Below are positions 38,982 to 49,604 of a DNA stretch of 64,000 nt, piece by piece. The notes below the pieces were generated by a model, which was not told the origin of the DNA, did no database searches, and saw only the letters and a program-made list of their open reading frames with translations. This stretch comes from an uncultured Candidatus Saccharibacteria bacterium (GTDB taxonomy: Bacteria > Patescibacteriota > Saccharimonadia > Saccharimonadales > Saccharimonadaceae), in NCBI GenBank assembly GCA_963548315.1, contig CAUUUJ010000001.1:4838-68837 (forward strand). The letters are read 5' to 3'. The position numbers and the translations under genes are program-made. How positions within the stretch are numbered: the stretch's first letter is position 1; every line of letters begins with the position of its first letter.

Positions 38982-40744
38982 TTCAACGAAAAAACGGCTA
39001 TTCCTTGGTGCTGATTATCCTTATGAGTACTTTTATATTGGCGCTTTTGGCTGGTGCTATGAGGGTTGTGACTCAATCATATATTTACTCTCAGGAAGAG
39101 TATTATTACAAGTTAGCTCAAGAGGCTGGTGAGGCAGGTACGGCGTATGCTAATGCTTGTTTGGATGCTAATGGAGCTGAGCAATCATGGAGTTCGGCCC
39201 CTGGTGGAATTGGACCACTTCGCCCGGAAACTAATTGTAAGGGGGCTGTAACTTTTCCTGGCAATAGATATGTATTTGAGAACAGCAAGTTAAGAACGAC
39301 TTTTGAAGTTAGTGATTTGGAGGCGTCAACTAAAAGTGCAGCCTTGTCGGCTGCTACTGCTCAAATTTCGTCAACGGGTCGCGTTGAAATAACAAATGGT
39401 AGTGGCACAGTCCTAAAAACTTATACTGCTGTTGTAAAAAAATCGGTCACTTGGCCAGCTGATATTGATGCGGCACGTATAGTAAGCGGTACCAACCGTA
39501 CGTGTGCGATTCTGTCAAATAATGTGTGGTGCTGGGGTAGAAATCATATGGGTCAATTGGGGGATGGAACTACTAGCGACTCTAATATTCCAGTAAAAGT
39601 ACGTTCTGTGGGTGATATGAGGAACGGAAAGATTATTGATGTGTTTGCAGCGCAGCACCATAGTTGTGCGCTAACTGAATTTAATTCTGTAAAGAAGATA
39701 TATTGTTGGGGCGATAACAGATTCGGTCAGTTAGGCAATAGCGACTTTCATGATAGTTATTCTACCGTGCCGATCGAGGTTAAGGAGTCAACGTCTGCTT
39801 TTGCTGGAAATAAAATTAGTGCAATTGGAGGCACCGGTGATGCTTCATGTGCTATTGCTTCGGGCAAGGTATATTGCTGGGGTAGGAATGAAAAAGGACA
39901 GCTTGGTAGGGGGCATGTTGGTAGTCCGTCATTTTCAGCGACTCCTAGTCAAATTAAATTCGGTGGAGTGAACAAGATTCCTAGCAATTATAGTGCGGTT
40001 AAGTTGTCGACAGGAGGGACGCGTTCACAGACTATGTGTGTCATAACAACCGAAAAGAGGGCTTACTGCTGGGGTATGGCTAGGTACGGACAGATGGGTA
40101 TCGGTAGCCCAGTAAATAATTTTTACGGCGAAGCGACTCGTGTAGTAAATCTGGAAGGGGTGACTGATATCTCTCAAGATGGTTATACATGGGAAACTGA
40201 TCATAGTAGGCCTATTTACGAATATCTCTCTCATACGTGCGCTATTGCTTCGGGCAAGGTGTATTGCTGGGGCGGTGCTGGACGGGGTCAGTCTGGACCC
40301 CCACCTGGCGGTCCTGGATTTGGGGTGTATTTTACCCGAGCAGAAATCGCTGGTCTTCCTGGAGAGCCTAAGAGTATTGGTGCCGGTATCTCTCATACGT
40401 GTGCTTTGGTGGATGTCTCTGGAACTAATAAAGTATATTGCTGGGGAAGCAATGAGTTCGGTCAGTTGGGTGCTGGTGAGAATAGCGATCCTCGTGAGAC
40501 AGGAGGGTTCATACAGTCAAACACGCCACTGGAAGTTGGAGGACTGCCTGCGGGAGAGAAGATTGTTAGTATGTCGGCTGGAGCTAACCGCGGCTGTGTC
40601 ATTATGGAAAATAAGCGTTCGTACTGCTGGGGATTGAATGAAAATGGGCAGATTGGTGACGGAACTTCAGGTCCTGGGAATTATAGATTTAGTCCGACGG
40701 AGTCATTATTCTTGCGTCCAGTGCAAAATCGATATATATATTAA
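38978..40744 (+). CDS. PilX-like pilin fused to an RCC1/BLIP-II beta-propeller
   Basis: NGYSLV (no Glu5), AQEAGEAG; about 7 repeats of HTCA..YCWGxNxxGQLG. Confidence 0.85.
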   Translation: MIQRKNGYSLVLIILMSTFILALLAGAMRVVTQSYIYSQEEYYYKLAQEAGEAGTAYANACLDANGAEQSWSSAPGGIGPLRPETNCKGAVTFPGNRYVFENSKLRTTFEVSDLEASTKSAALSAATAQISSTGRVEITNGSGTVLKTYTAVVKKSVTWPADIDAARIVSGTNRTCAILSNNVWCWGRNHMGQLGDGTTSDSNIPVKVRSVGDMRNGKIIDVFAAQHHSCALTEFNSVKKIYCWGDNRFGQLGNSDFHDSYSTVPIEVKESTSAFAGNKISAIGGTGDASCAIASGKVYCWGRNEKGQLGRGHVGSPSFSATPSQIKFGGVNKIPSNYSAVKLSTGGTRSQTMCVITTEKRAYCWGMARYGQMGIGSPVNNFYGEATRVVNLEGVTDISQDGYTWETDHSRPIYEYLSHTCAIASGKVYCWGGAGRGQSGPPPGGPGFGVYFTRAEIAGLPGEPKSIGAGISHTCALVDVSGTNKVYCWGSNEFGQLGAGENSDPRETGGFIQSNTPLEVGGLPAGEKIVSMSAGANRGCVIMENKRSYCWGLNENGQIGDGTSGPGNYRFSPTESLFLRPVQNRYIY

Positions 40745-40821
40745 AAAACGCTTGCGCTTTTAAAAACGTTGTAGTATTATCAAGTTACAAATCAAACTAA
40801 CAATTTAGGGGGCACATTATC

Positions 40822-41274
40822 GTGACTACAAAGAATATCAAAAATCAAGGTTTTACACTAGTTGAGCTTTTGATCGTTATCGTGATCATCGCAATTTTGA
40901 CAGTTGTTTCTTTGGTTGCATACAACGGTTTGCAAAACCAAGCAAAGACATCTACTGCTAAATCTGCTGCTGACACTGTCGCTAAGAAAGCTGAGCTATA
41001 CAATACAGCAAAGAGCAAATATCCACATCAACTATCAGAATTGACTGATAAGACTACTGGAACTCCTCCTGTTTCACAGACTGGCGAACCATACTACTTG
41101 GACGAAAAGACGGTTAAAACTCCTGGCACAGCTCTTGCTGATGGTCATGCTCCAACAGAAGGGGCTAATGCTATTGAATATCACCCATGTGGTACTAATG
41201 ACAGTGGTGCAGAGGTTAAATACTACAACTTCTCGACAAATAAGGTAGAAAGCCGACAAATTGGTTCTTGCTAA
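40822..41274 (+). CDS. Type IV pilin (probable major pilin)
   Basis: GFTLVELLIVIVII; C-terminal Cys pair; own SD and terminator. Confidence 0.9.
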   Translation: MTTKNIKNQGFTLVELLIVIVIIAILTVVSLVAYNGLQNQAKTSTAKSAADTVAKKAELYNTAKSKYPHQLSELTDKTTGTPPVSQTGEPYYLDEKTVKTPGTALADGHAPTEGANAIEYHPCGTNDSGAEVKYYNFSTNKVESRQIGSC

Positions 41275-41293
41275 TTAGCTAAGAAGCATATAA

Positions 41294-41326
41294 ATAAAAA
41301 CTCCGGCGTTATGTCGGAGTTTTTTA
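41294..41326. terminator. Bidirectional terminator between pilin and glyA
   Basis: aaaaactccggc / gtcggagttttt. Confidence 0.8.
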
Positions 41327-41340
41327 TGTGCGGGTTTACA

Positions 41341-42609
41341 TTAAATATCGCGTAGAGTATGGCAGAATTCTACGACTTCTTTACGTAGTTCAGCCAACTC
41401 ATCGTCATTGTCGCGATTATCTATTGACCGCTTCATCCATTCCGCGATTTTTTCCATGTCGTCTTCTTTGGCACCTCGCGTTGTGACAGCTGGCGTACCT
41501 AAGCGAATACCACTTGGTCTAAACCTTGGTAGAGGGTCGTCTGGAATCGCATTGGCGTTCAATGTCAGACCAATTTTATCCATGGCGATTTCCGCTTCCT
41601 TGCCATCAATACCAAAACTGCTGTTAATATCTGCCAGAATCAAATGGTTGCTAGTGCCGCCAGTTACTAACTTAAAGCCGCGCTTTTGTAATTCTTCCGC
41701 CAGTCTTTTCGCATTTTTAACAATTTGTTCAGCGTAATCCTTGAACTCTGGCTGCAAAGCTTCACCAAACGCTACAGCTTTTGCGGCGATAGTGTGCATG
41801 TGCGGTCCGCCTTGTGTACCAGGGAATACTGCTCGATCAATCAACGTAGGTAAATTTTCGAGAGTTTTCTCTGGTTTTTTCAATGGATTGCCAACTATTC
41901 CTCGACTAAGAATCAGCCCGCCTCGTGGTCCACGCAGAGTTTTATGAGTTGTTGTGGTAATTACATGAAAGCCATAGTCGAACGGGTTTTTGGCAACGCC
42001 ACTAACAATTAGCCCCGCAATATGACTCATATCTGCCATTAGCATGGCGCCGACCTCATTGCCAATTTCGGCAAATTTTTCGTAATCTAGCTCTCGTGGA
42101 TATGCCGAAAATCCCGCCAAAATGATCTTTGGTTTGTGTTTTAAGGCTAATTGACGAATTTCTTCATAATCAATTTCGCCAGTGTCAATATTTTTTATAC
42201 CATAGCGAATGAAGTTGTACTCTCTGGCGCTACGAGTAACTGGAGCTCCGTGTGTAAGATGTCCGCCGTGAGCCAAATCCATAGCCAGAATAGTATCGCC
42301 AGGCTCGCACCAAGCGTAGTACACTGCCTCATTAGCCTGCGCTCCAGAATGTGGCTGGACGTTAGCGTGATCTGCTTTGAAAAGTTTCTTAGCGCGGTCA
42401 ATTGCCAGCTGCTCGACTTGATCAGTGTTTTCTTGTCCGCCGTAATAGCGTCGACCAGGGTAGCCTTCTGAATATTTATTAGTGAAAACACTACCGAGCG
42501 CCTGGAGCACATCTGATGAAACGTAATTCTCACTAGGAATTAGTTCCAGGCCGTCCGTTTGACGCTTTTTTTCTGCTTTTATAAGTTCTTCAATTTGCTT
42601 GTCTTTCAT
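41341..42609 (-). CDS. glyA: Serine hydroxymethyltransferase
   Basis: [33 protein letters not shown]. Confidence 0.97.
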   Translation of the reverse strand: MKDKQIEELIKAEKKRQTDGLELIPSENYVSSDVLQALGSVFTNKYSEGYPGRRYYGGQENTDQVEQLAIDRAKKLFKADHANVQPHSGAQANEAVYYAWCEPGDTILAMDLAHGGHLTHGAPVTRSAREYNFIRYGIKNIDTGEIDYEEIRQLALKHKPKIILAGFSAYPRELDYEKFAEIGNEVGAMLMADMSHIAGLIVSGVAKNPFDYGFHVITTTTHKTLRGPRGGLILSRGIVGNPLKKPEKTLENLPTLIDRAVFPGTQGGPHMHTIAAKAVAFGEALQPEFKDYAEQIVKNAKRLAEELQKRGFKLVTGGTSNHLILADINSSFGIDGKEAEIAMDKIGLTLNANAIPDDPLPRFRPSGIRLGTPAVTTRGAKEDDMEKIAEWMKRSIDNRDNDDELAELRKEVVEFCHTLRDI

Positions 42610-42675
42610 GACTAAACCTCCATTAATACTTATTATATCATTGCTTATATATATCATCAGTGATATAATTTACGC

Positions 42676-44199
42676 ATGATAAAAGACAAGTATCTTCAAA
42701 AAATCGGCAATCTAATCGCTGAAAATCGTCAAAAACAAGGTTTGACACAGACGCAATTAGCTGAAGCGATTGGCACGTCTCAGAGTGCTATTAATCGCAT
42801 TGAAAACGGGGGTCAGAATATTAGCATTGAGATGATTGCTCGAATTAGCGAGGTGCTTAATAACAATATCGTGACCGTAAATCATTCTGGAAAAATGAAT
42901 TTTAAGGTAACTGGCGGCAAAAAATTGTCTGGTGAGATACAGGTTAAGACTAGTAAAAACGCTGCAGTAGGTCTTCTCTGTGCAAGTCTGTTGAATAAGG
43001 GAAAAACGACGCTCAGGAAAGTGGCGCGAATTGAGGAGGTCAACCGAATTATCGAGGTTCTGAATTCGATTGGTGTTAAAACTCGCTGGTTGGACGGTAG
43101 TGATCTTGAGATCGTGCCGCCAGCTCGCTTGAAACTTGAAGATATGGATATTGCTGCGGCTAAGAGAACTAGGACGGTAATTATGTTCCTTGGTCCGCTA
43201 CTACATCAATATGACGATTTCAAATTGCCGTTTGCTGGTGGCTGTAATTTAGGGAAGCGCACGGTTGAGCCGCACCTTAGTGGTTTGAGACATTTTGGAA
43301 TGAACGTCACGGCGGAGACTGATTATTATCACGCAAAAACTGATGTCAATTCTGGTGATCGAACGATTTTGTTGACGGAGCGTGGCGATACGGTGACGGA
43401 AAATATAATTATGGCTGCGGCGTTGTCGCCAAACACTACCATCATCCGCAATGCTAGCCCAAATTACATGGTTCAAGATGTCTGTTTCTTCTTGAAGAAG
43501 TTGGGTGTGAAAATTGAGGGAATTGGTACGACGACCTTGAAAATCACGGGTCGTAAACGCATTAGTAAAAATCTGGACTATTATCCGAGCGAAGATCCGA
43601 TTGAAGCGATGAGCTTTATTGCAGCAGGCGTAGTGACGGATTCGGAAATTACTGTTCGCCGCGCGCCGATTGAATTCTTGGAAATTGAACTAGCGACATT
43701 GGCGGAAATGGGTCTTAAGTTTGAACTCAGCAAGGAGTATTTTGCTAATAACGGGCAAACTCGTTTGGTTGATATTAAATTGCAGCGCTCTAAACTCCAG
43801 GCCGCCAAGGATAAGCTTCACGCTCTACCGTTTCCTGGAATTAATATGGACAATTTGCCGTTCTTGGGGCTTATCGCGACGGTGGCCGAGGGGCGCACGT
43901 TGGTTCATGACTGGAGTTACGAAAACCGAGCAATTTACTTTACAGAGTTAAGCAAGCTGAATGCGCAAATCGAGTTGGTTGATCCACACCGTGTTTATAT
44001 CACTGGTCCAACAAAATGGAAGCCGGCCGACGTTGTTGCTCCGCCAGCGCTTCGTCCGTCCGTTGTGATACTTTTGGCAATGCTTGCTGCTCCAGGCGTA
44101 TCAATTCTGCGCGATGTATATTCGATTAATCGCGGATACGAGGAATTAGCGGCGCGCTTAAATTCGCTAGGCGCTGAGATTGAAGTGATTATTGAATAG
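42676..44199 (+). CDS. murA: XRE-HTH - MurA fusion (UDP-GlcNAc enolpyruvyl transferase)
   Basis: LTQTQLAEAIGTSQSAINRIE HTH; SKNAA, AGGCNLGKR, INRGYE. Confidence 0.92.
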   Translation: MIKDKYLQKIGNLIAENRQKQGLTQTQLAEAIGTSQSAINRIENGGQNISIEMIARISEVLNNNIVTVNHSGKMNFKVTGGKKLSGEIQVKTSKNAAVGLLCASLLNKGKTTLRKVARIEEVNRIIEVLNSIGVKTRWLDGSDLEIVPPARLKLEDMDIAAAKRTRTVIMFLGPLLHQYDDFKLPFAGGCNLGKRTVEPHLSGLRHFGMNVTAETDYYHAKTDVNSGDRTILLTERGDTVTENIIMAAALSPNTTIIRNASPNYMVQDVCFFLKKLGVKIEGIGTTTLKITGRKRISKNLDYYPSEDPIEAMSFIAAGVVTDSEITVRRAPIEFLEIELATLAEMGLKFELSKEYFANNGQTRLVDIKLQRSKLQAAKDKLHALPFPGINMDNLPFLGLIATVAEGRTLVHDWSYENRAIYFTELSKLNAQIELVDPHRVYITGPTKWKPADVVAPPALRPSVVILLAMLAAPGVSILRDVYSINRGYEELAARLNSLGAEIEVIIE

Positions 44200-45994
44200 G
44201 AATTCGCTTGATCTGTGATTCTTTTTTAGGCTGGATTTGCGGTTTTGGAAAAATAAATTTGAGATAATCTTTCATCATTCGGGCGCCAGAAATAATTGGC
44301 AAATAGTTGCTTAATTGGTGGCGGATATGCTTTTCTAACAATTGGTCATTTTTCAAAATAGTGGCCGCTTTATGCATATTGACGTATAGAGACGAAACCT
44401 CGGCCTCATAGTTTTTTCCGGTAACCTCCAGGCAGGCGATTGGCTGAATGTCGGCAACACCGCCGTCGCTAGTAGAGATGAGGAGTTTCAAATTAGCGAC
44501 GTCTTTTTCCCACGAAGTGCCGCACGCTTCTAATCCAATGATAGGAATATTTATCGAGACATCCGAGCCGATCGCTAACGCTCGTCCCAACTCTTCGTCG
44601 TAATCTTGTATGTAATGAACACGCTCCTTGAGGACTGGATCGTTATCAATCAATTTTAATACTTCGAGCAATTTCTGGTACATCGTCACGTCACCTTGGT
44701 GAACTTTTCCTGTAAGGATATAATGCGCGTTGTGGCTAATGAGAATTTGGCGCAACGAATCTGGGTTTTCAAATGGCATATAAGGTCGTTTGTAATTGGC
44801 GAATCTTCGCTTGAAGTCGAATAATATTGCATTTTCTGGGATTTGTATGGATTTTCCGTACTGGTCTTGGCGACTCAATAGGACTCGATTCAATTCCTTT
44901 CGACCGAGTTTTTTCAAATATCTCAAATCCGCGCTACTCAGCGAGTCTAATTTTTCAGAAAAATCATTTGTGGGCAGCCCAAATTTATCGATAATGCCAT
45001 GATTGCGATATGTTTGCAGCGTTTCAGGCAGCACCCACGTTTCAAGATCTATTCCATTAGTAATGGCTTGAAATTTAACTTTGTCGTTGTTACGGTCGCG
45101 GAAATTTGCTACGCGGGCATGTAATTTACTTACACCATTCTTCGCTTCAGTAAGTTCAATTGCCAAAAGATTCGGCCTCAGTCTGTCATTACGGAATTGT
45201 TCCATTAGCCAGCAACGCACAGCATTACTTTTTATATTTGGCAGAACTAATTTTTCAAATTGCGAACGATGAAATTCCGGTTCGGCAGCCTGAAGAAGCG
45301 TGTGGTTTGTGTAAAGTGTGTGTTTACGAACATAAACGATGGCTTCATATAAATTCATTCCGTTAGCACACAGCTCGTCTAGTCGTGCCAATGCAGCAAA
45401 AATCGTTGCGGTCTCATTAAGTTGAATAACAGCTGGCTTAATACCGAGGAGTTTTAATGCTTTATAGCCGCCAAATCCCAGCGCTACTTCTTGGTATAAT
45501 CTATGGTCGCCGGATCCGTCACCTTCGTACAATTGTCCAAAGTTCGGTTCTGAAATTGTAACAAATTGTGTTGAACCGAGCGTCTTCTTGAAAATGCTTA
45601 AGCTTGCGTCTGGGAATCCGTTTGAACTTACGAAAACTTCGTCAATATATTCAAATCCGTAATCTTGAGGTGAAACGGATTCCGAAAACTCTTCTTGTGC
45701 GAGGTCGGTAATTTTTTGGTGTGATTCGCTACGATAAAACGGCGTCACTACTACGAATGGAACTTCCAATTTTTCAGCTACACGTCGCGTGTCCGCCGCT
45801 AAAACTCCAAGTCCGCCGCCACCCTTAATGCCATTGGACTTATCATAAATTTCCATTGTCCAGTAGACGTATGGTCGGTTTTCAGACAATTGGTGCGTCA
45901 AGCTACTTCGTTCAATTACATCATAAAAATCGGACGCATCTTCAATATCGTGCGGTTGGTATTTTGGCTTTTCTGTATAAATATATGGATCCAT
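44189..45994 (-). CDS. glgP: Alpha-glucan (glycogen) phosphorylase, compact
   Basis: GGGLGVLAAD, RLYQE, RRFANYKR, EACGTSWEK PLP region. Confidence 0.85.
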   Translation of the reverse strand: MDPYIYTEKPKYQPHDIEDASDFYDVIERSSLTHQLSENRPYVYWTMEIYDKSNGIKGGGGLGVLAADTRRVAEKLEVPFVVVTPFYRSESHQKITDLAQEEFSESVSPQDYGFEYIDEVFVSSNGFPDASLSIFKKTLGSTQFVTISEPNFGQLYEGDGSGDHRLYQEVALGFGGYKALKLLGIKPAVIQLNETATIFAALARLDELCANGMNLYEAIVYVRKHTLYTNHTLLQAAEPEFHRSQFEKLVLPNIKSNAVRCWLMEQFRNDRLRPNLLAIELTEAKNGVSKLHARVANFRDRNNDKVKFQAITNGIDLETWVLPETLQTYRNHGIIDKFGLPTNDFSEKLDSLSSADLRYLKKLGRKELNRVLLSRQDQYGKSIQIPENAILFDFKRRFANYKRPYMPFENPDSLRQILISHNAHYILTGKVHQGDVTMYQKLLEVLKLIDNDPVLKERVHYIQDYDEELGRALAIGSDVSINIPIIGLEACGTSWEKDVANLKLLISTSDGGVADIQPIACLEVTGKNYEAEVSSLYVNMHKAATILKNDQLLEKHIRHQLSNYLPIISGARMMKDYLKFIFPKPQIQPKKESQIKRIPIQ

Positions 45995-46026
45995 CGATGC
46001 CCTTTATGGATTGAAATTGTCTAACT

Positions 46027-46101
46027 TGGTGCGGGTGGGGAGAATCGAACTCCCATCTCAAGTTTGGAAAACTTGCATACTAACCGCTGTACTACACCCG
46101 C
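46027..46101 (-). tRNA. tRNA-Gly(TCC)
   Basis: Anticodon arm caagt-tttccaa-acttg; CCA. Confidence 0.95.
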
Positions 46102-46144
46102 AAGCTTTTACTATTGTAGCAGAAAGATGTTATAATGTGAATAC

Positions 46145-46221
46145 GCCCTGATAGCTCAGCTGGATAGAGCAGGAGACTTCTAAGCTCAAGGTCGTAGGTT
46201 CGAATCCTACTCGGGGCGCCA
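46145..46221 (+). tRNA. tRNA-Arg(TCT)
   Basis: D and T arms canonical, loop cttctaa, CCA; anticodon stem has two mismatches. Confidence 0.88.
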
Positions 46222-46245
46222 CTTCATATAACTAATGGGGAATAT

Positions 46246-46653
46246 ATGGATGCGAACAAAAAGCCGCAAATGACGCGGGAAATGATAATAAGATTATCTG
46301 GTCCTTCGAGGAGGTCAGTTGATGGTTTTAGTGCATATGGAGTTACGGGCAGAGCGCCGATTGTTAATCGTAGTTTGAATTCAGAGCGTCGATATATTAA
46401 GGGTTATGAATCCTCGATATCTGCTAATAATTCCGGCAATCGAAGGCCGTTTGGTGCGGAAATAAGTGTAGTGTCTCGGTCGAGGAGTGTTAATAATTCT
46501 GATGACATTGGTCTATCTGGTGGGAATCGACGAGTTAATAGTTTGCAGAATAATAATGCTTCGTCAGGCGTGAACAATTCTCGCCAGTCGTTTAACACTA
46601 ATCGAATTACTTTTCGTGAACCGCCTTCTCGCGGATATAATCCGTTTGGATAA
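46246..46653 (+). CDS. Hypothetical low-complexity Ser/Asn/Arg-rich protein
   Basis: 135-aa ORF with a GGGGA SD, filling the inter-tRNA gap. Confidence 0.55.
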   Translation: MDANKKPQMTREMIIRLSGPSRRSVDGFSAYGVTGRAPIVNRSLNSERRYIKGYESSISANNSGNRRPFGAEISVVSRSRSVNNSDDIGLSGGNRRVNSLQNNNASSGVNNSRQSFNTNRITFREPPSRGYNPFG

Positions 46654-46688
46654 ATAAAAAATCCCCACTTCAATGTGAGGTTATTTTT

Positions 46689-46765
46689 TGGAGGGCCAGG
46701 AGGGGCTCGAACCCTCGACACCCTGCTTAAGAGGCAGGTGCTCTAACCAGCTGAGCTACTGGCCC
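46689..46765 (-). tRNA. tRNA-Lys(CTT)
   Basis: Anticodon arm cctgc-ctcttaa-gcagg; CCA. Confidence 0.96.
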
Positions 46766-46850
46766 ACGATTTCATTATACAACAATTAATAAAAATGTCT
46801 ACCGTTTTATTGAAAATAATTTATCGGTGTGAATAAATTGTCGTAAAACT

Positions 46851-46929
46851 TGGGGCGAATGATGGGGTTCGAACCCACGGCCTCCGGAGCCACAATCCAG
46901 CGCTCTAACCAAACTGAGCTACATCCGCC
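46851..46929 (-). tRNA. tRNA-His(GTG)
   Basis: Anticodon loop ttgtggc, encoded G-1:C73, CCA. Confidence 0.95.
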
Positions 46930-47004
46930 ATAAACCAAGCTTCTCAAATTATAGCACATACTATATCTGTACTCAAGATGGTAAAATTGCTATACTTAAT
47001 GACA

Positions 47005-47817
47005 ATGAGAGAACTAAATGGCTCAGAACTAGCTGGATTTATTAAGGAGCGTCAGGCGAAACAGGTGCGAGCTTTAAGACAGGCTTGGCATATTAATCCT
47101 CGTTTGGCAATTGTTACTGATGTCGAAAATCCGGTTATTGAAATGTACATGCGTTTGAAACAGAGGTATGGCGCCGATATTTTGATTGACGTGGAGATTC
47201 ATCGAGTCCCTGCGGGCGGTGCTTTGGAGGTGATTCAAGAATTGAACAATCGAGACGACGTTCAAGGAATAATTCTGCAATTGCCGATTAGTAATTCTGA
47301 TCAGACTGATGAATTACTCGAGAGTATTCGAGAAGATAAAGACGTTGATGGTTTGCGCAAGAGGGCGATTTTTCAGGCGGCTACACCAACGGCTATTAGT
47401 TGGCTACTGGCTGGATATGGTGTTGATTTGAAAAATAAAAAAGTTGCAATTGTCGGGCGAGGTCGTTTGGTCGGTGCGCCTCTTGAGAAAATGTGGCTGA
47501 AGTCTGGTGTTGATGTGACGGTTTTTGAAAAAGGTGACGATTTATCTCAATTGATAAATTACGATATTATCGTGTCGGCAACTGGAGTCCCGGGGCTGAT
47601 TAAAAGCCGAATGATTAAACCTAAAGCAGTTGTTATTGATGCGGGAACTGCTTCGGAAAATGGAAAAATTATTGGTGATGCGTCTGAAGAAGTGCGTCAG
47701 CGCAATGATGTAATTATTACACCAAAAAAGGGCGGAGTTGGTCCGTTAACAGTCTCTGCGTTGTTTGATAATGTGATTACGGCTTGTCTAAAAATTGCGA
47801 ATCAATCAAAAAACTAG
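47005..47817 (+). CDS. folD: Methylene-THF dehydrogenase/cyclohydrolase
   Basis: GIILQLP, KDVDGL, VGRGRLVGAPL, GGVGPLTV; start uncertain (46999 or 47005). Confidence 0.93.
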   Translation: MRELNGSELAGFIKERQAKQVRALRQAWHINPRLAIVTDVENPVIEMYMRLKQRYGADILIDVEIHRVPAGGALEVIQELNNRDDVQGIILQLPISNSDQTDELLESIREDKDVDGLRKRAIFQAATPTAISWLLAGYGVDLKNKKVAIVGRGRLVGAPLEKMWLKSGVDVTVFEKGDDLSQLINYDIIVSATGVPGLIKSRMIKPKAVVIDAGTASENGKIIGDASEEVRQRNDVIITPKKGGVGPLTVSALFDNVITACLKIANQSKN

Positions 47818-48185
47818 GCAGCTTTTATGGCAGCTTTGACCTGTTCGACAACTTGGCGTGGCGTGAGATTTGCCTTTACGATATAGCTATGAATTCCTAA
47901 TTTCTTCAAATCGTGTGGAGCTTCTTCCTCGCCGAGGTTGGTAAGGATGATAACGGGAATGGTTTTTCCCCAATCTTTAGACCTAATCCGCTTCAAAGCC
48001 TCTGCTCCGTCCATTTCCGGCATTTGTAAGTCTAACAAAATAATATCTGGCTGAAACTTTTCGACTACTTCTATGCCAATTTGTCCATTGGCGGCCAAGC
48101 GGACGTCAAACCCGTCAGATTCAAACTTCATGCGATACATCTGGCTAATGGTTGGATCATCTTCAATGATGGCAATTTTTATCAT
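47814..48185 (-). CDS. Single-domain response regulator receiver
   Basis: IIEDD, LLDLQMPEMDG, ILTN, YIVK. Confidence 0.93.
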   Translation of the reverse strand: MIKIAIIEDDPTISQMYRMKFESDGFDVRLAANGQIGIEVVEKFQPDIILLDLQMPEMDGAEALKRIRSKDWGKTIPVIILTNLGEEEAPHDLKKLGIHSYIVKANLTPRQVVEQVKAAIKAA

Positions 48186-48225
48186 GTTTTAAGTATATCA
48201 CATAAATTATGCTATAATTTTTGGC

Positions 48226-49578
48226 ATGGAAAACTTTGGGAATGAACGATATAACGCAGTGGGGATGGGCGATTTTCTTGATGGAATTGATTGCAAGGCT
48301 AATGAAGAACTTAATGAGGAGATTATAAACCTTAGACACGAGGGGTATAATGTTAGGGTCGGGGAAAAGACCGATCCTGCATATAATAATCCGGATAAAA
48401 TTCAGGACATATACAATTATCTGGAACGAGGCGAAGCGGAATTAAAGGATGTTCGTAAAGATATTATTCATATAAATTTGGCAGCGGCAGCGCTTGCGAG
48501 TGTCCTAGAAAAGATTCCTTTTGTAAGAGAAAATAAATGGGGCAATGTTATAGATGCTTATCTGGAGGTTTTTCGCGACAAGTTATTGTACGGTAAAGAT
48601 CAGACTGATTCGCAGCCGTGGCATAATCAGCGAGGTTCCGCACTGACATTTTTGACAATTTCTGAAGCTGAGGATTTGAGTGTTTTTGATGAAAATGGCG
48701 AAATATTGTCAGAAGGTAAATATCCAACTATGAGTGGTCCGCTGGATGAGTCGGTATTTGATGAGAAGATTAATGGCTTGCCACTGACAGAAGTTATGAT
48801 TCAAGATAAAATCAACAACGGCGTAGATAAAGCGACAGCTATTGAAGAGGTAGAGAAGAGAATTAGTGAAGTCCGAGAGTTTATCCAGGCGCCGGTGACG
48901 GAGAAGTTTTCTAACGTCATTCGGCATTGTGCGGATTCGCTTGGTATTCGTGAGCGAGTGGAAACAGTGAATGGCCTATCGATTGATCATTTGATGAAAA
49001 TGGCGGAAAAAGAAAATCGTTCAATTGACGATATGTTGGTGATGAGTTTTGGTTGCGGAACGGGATTGGCGACTTTGAAGATGCTGAAAAAACTTAAGGA
49101 CGAAACGGGTGAGGCGCCAACGGTTATCCTGCTAGACCAAGATCCGTTGTCTCTAGCGGCGGCGCAGAGCTTGGCGAAGAAATGGAATTTGGAAGATAAG
49201 ATTGAAGTTCATTGCGAACGATTATTCAGTAAGCTTGGCAAACCTCTGAGTTTGGAGGGAGTTTTGGGAAATCGTAAGCTAGATATCGCGGAAGATTCTG
49301 GCTTGCGAGAATATCTGCCAGATGGCGTTTATAGACAATTGACACGAGAATCATTGAAATTTTTACGAACCGGTGGACTAATGATCACTGGCAATATGAA
49401 CGTAAATCGCCCACAAAAAGAATTTTTGCATGGACTAATGGGGTGGGTTCCAAAAGTTAGGATGCGCTCAATTAAAGAAGGCTTTAAATTGCTCCAAAAA
49501 TCTGGCATACCAAAAGAATCTATTGAAGCTACAGTTACCGCAAGCGGCGTTTACACAGTTTTTGCGATTGAAAAGTAG
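48226..49578 (+). CDS. Class I SAM-dependent methyltransferase (C-terminal domain)
   Basis: SFGCGTG, LLDQD, SGLREYL, GGLMITGN. Confidence 0.75.
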   Translation: MENFGNERYNAVGMGDFLDGIDCKANEELNEEIINLRHEGYNVRVGEKTDPAYNNPDKIQDIYNYLERGEAELKDVRKDIIHINLAAAALASVLEKIPFVRENKWGNVIDAYLEVFRDKLLYGKDQTDSQPWHNQRGSALTFLTISEAEDLSVFDENGEILSEGKYPTMSGPLDESVFDEKINGLPLTEVMIQDKINNGVDKATAIEEVEKRISEVREFIQAPVTEKFSNVIRHCADSLGIRERVETVNGLSIDHLMKMAEKENRSIDDMLVMSFGCGTGLATLKMLKKLKDETGEAPTVILLDQDPLSLAAAQSLAKKWNLEDKIEVHCERLFSKLGKPLSLEGVLGNRKLDIAEDSGLREYLPDGVYRQLTRESLKFLRTGGLMITGNMNVNRPQKEFLHGLMGWVPKVRMRSIKEGFKLLQKSGIPKESIEATVTASGVYTVFAIEK

Positions 49579-49604
49579 AATAAAATGCTATAATAAGCAT
49601 TAGT

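Noticed and set aside
39851..40272. DGR template/variable repeat pair
   Set aside because: Both copies are in-frame RCC1 blades with a single mismatch, and no reverse transcriptase is in the window
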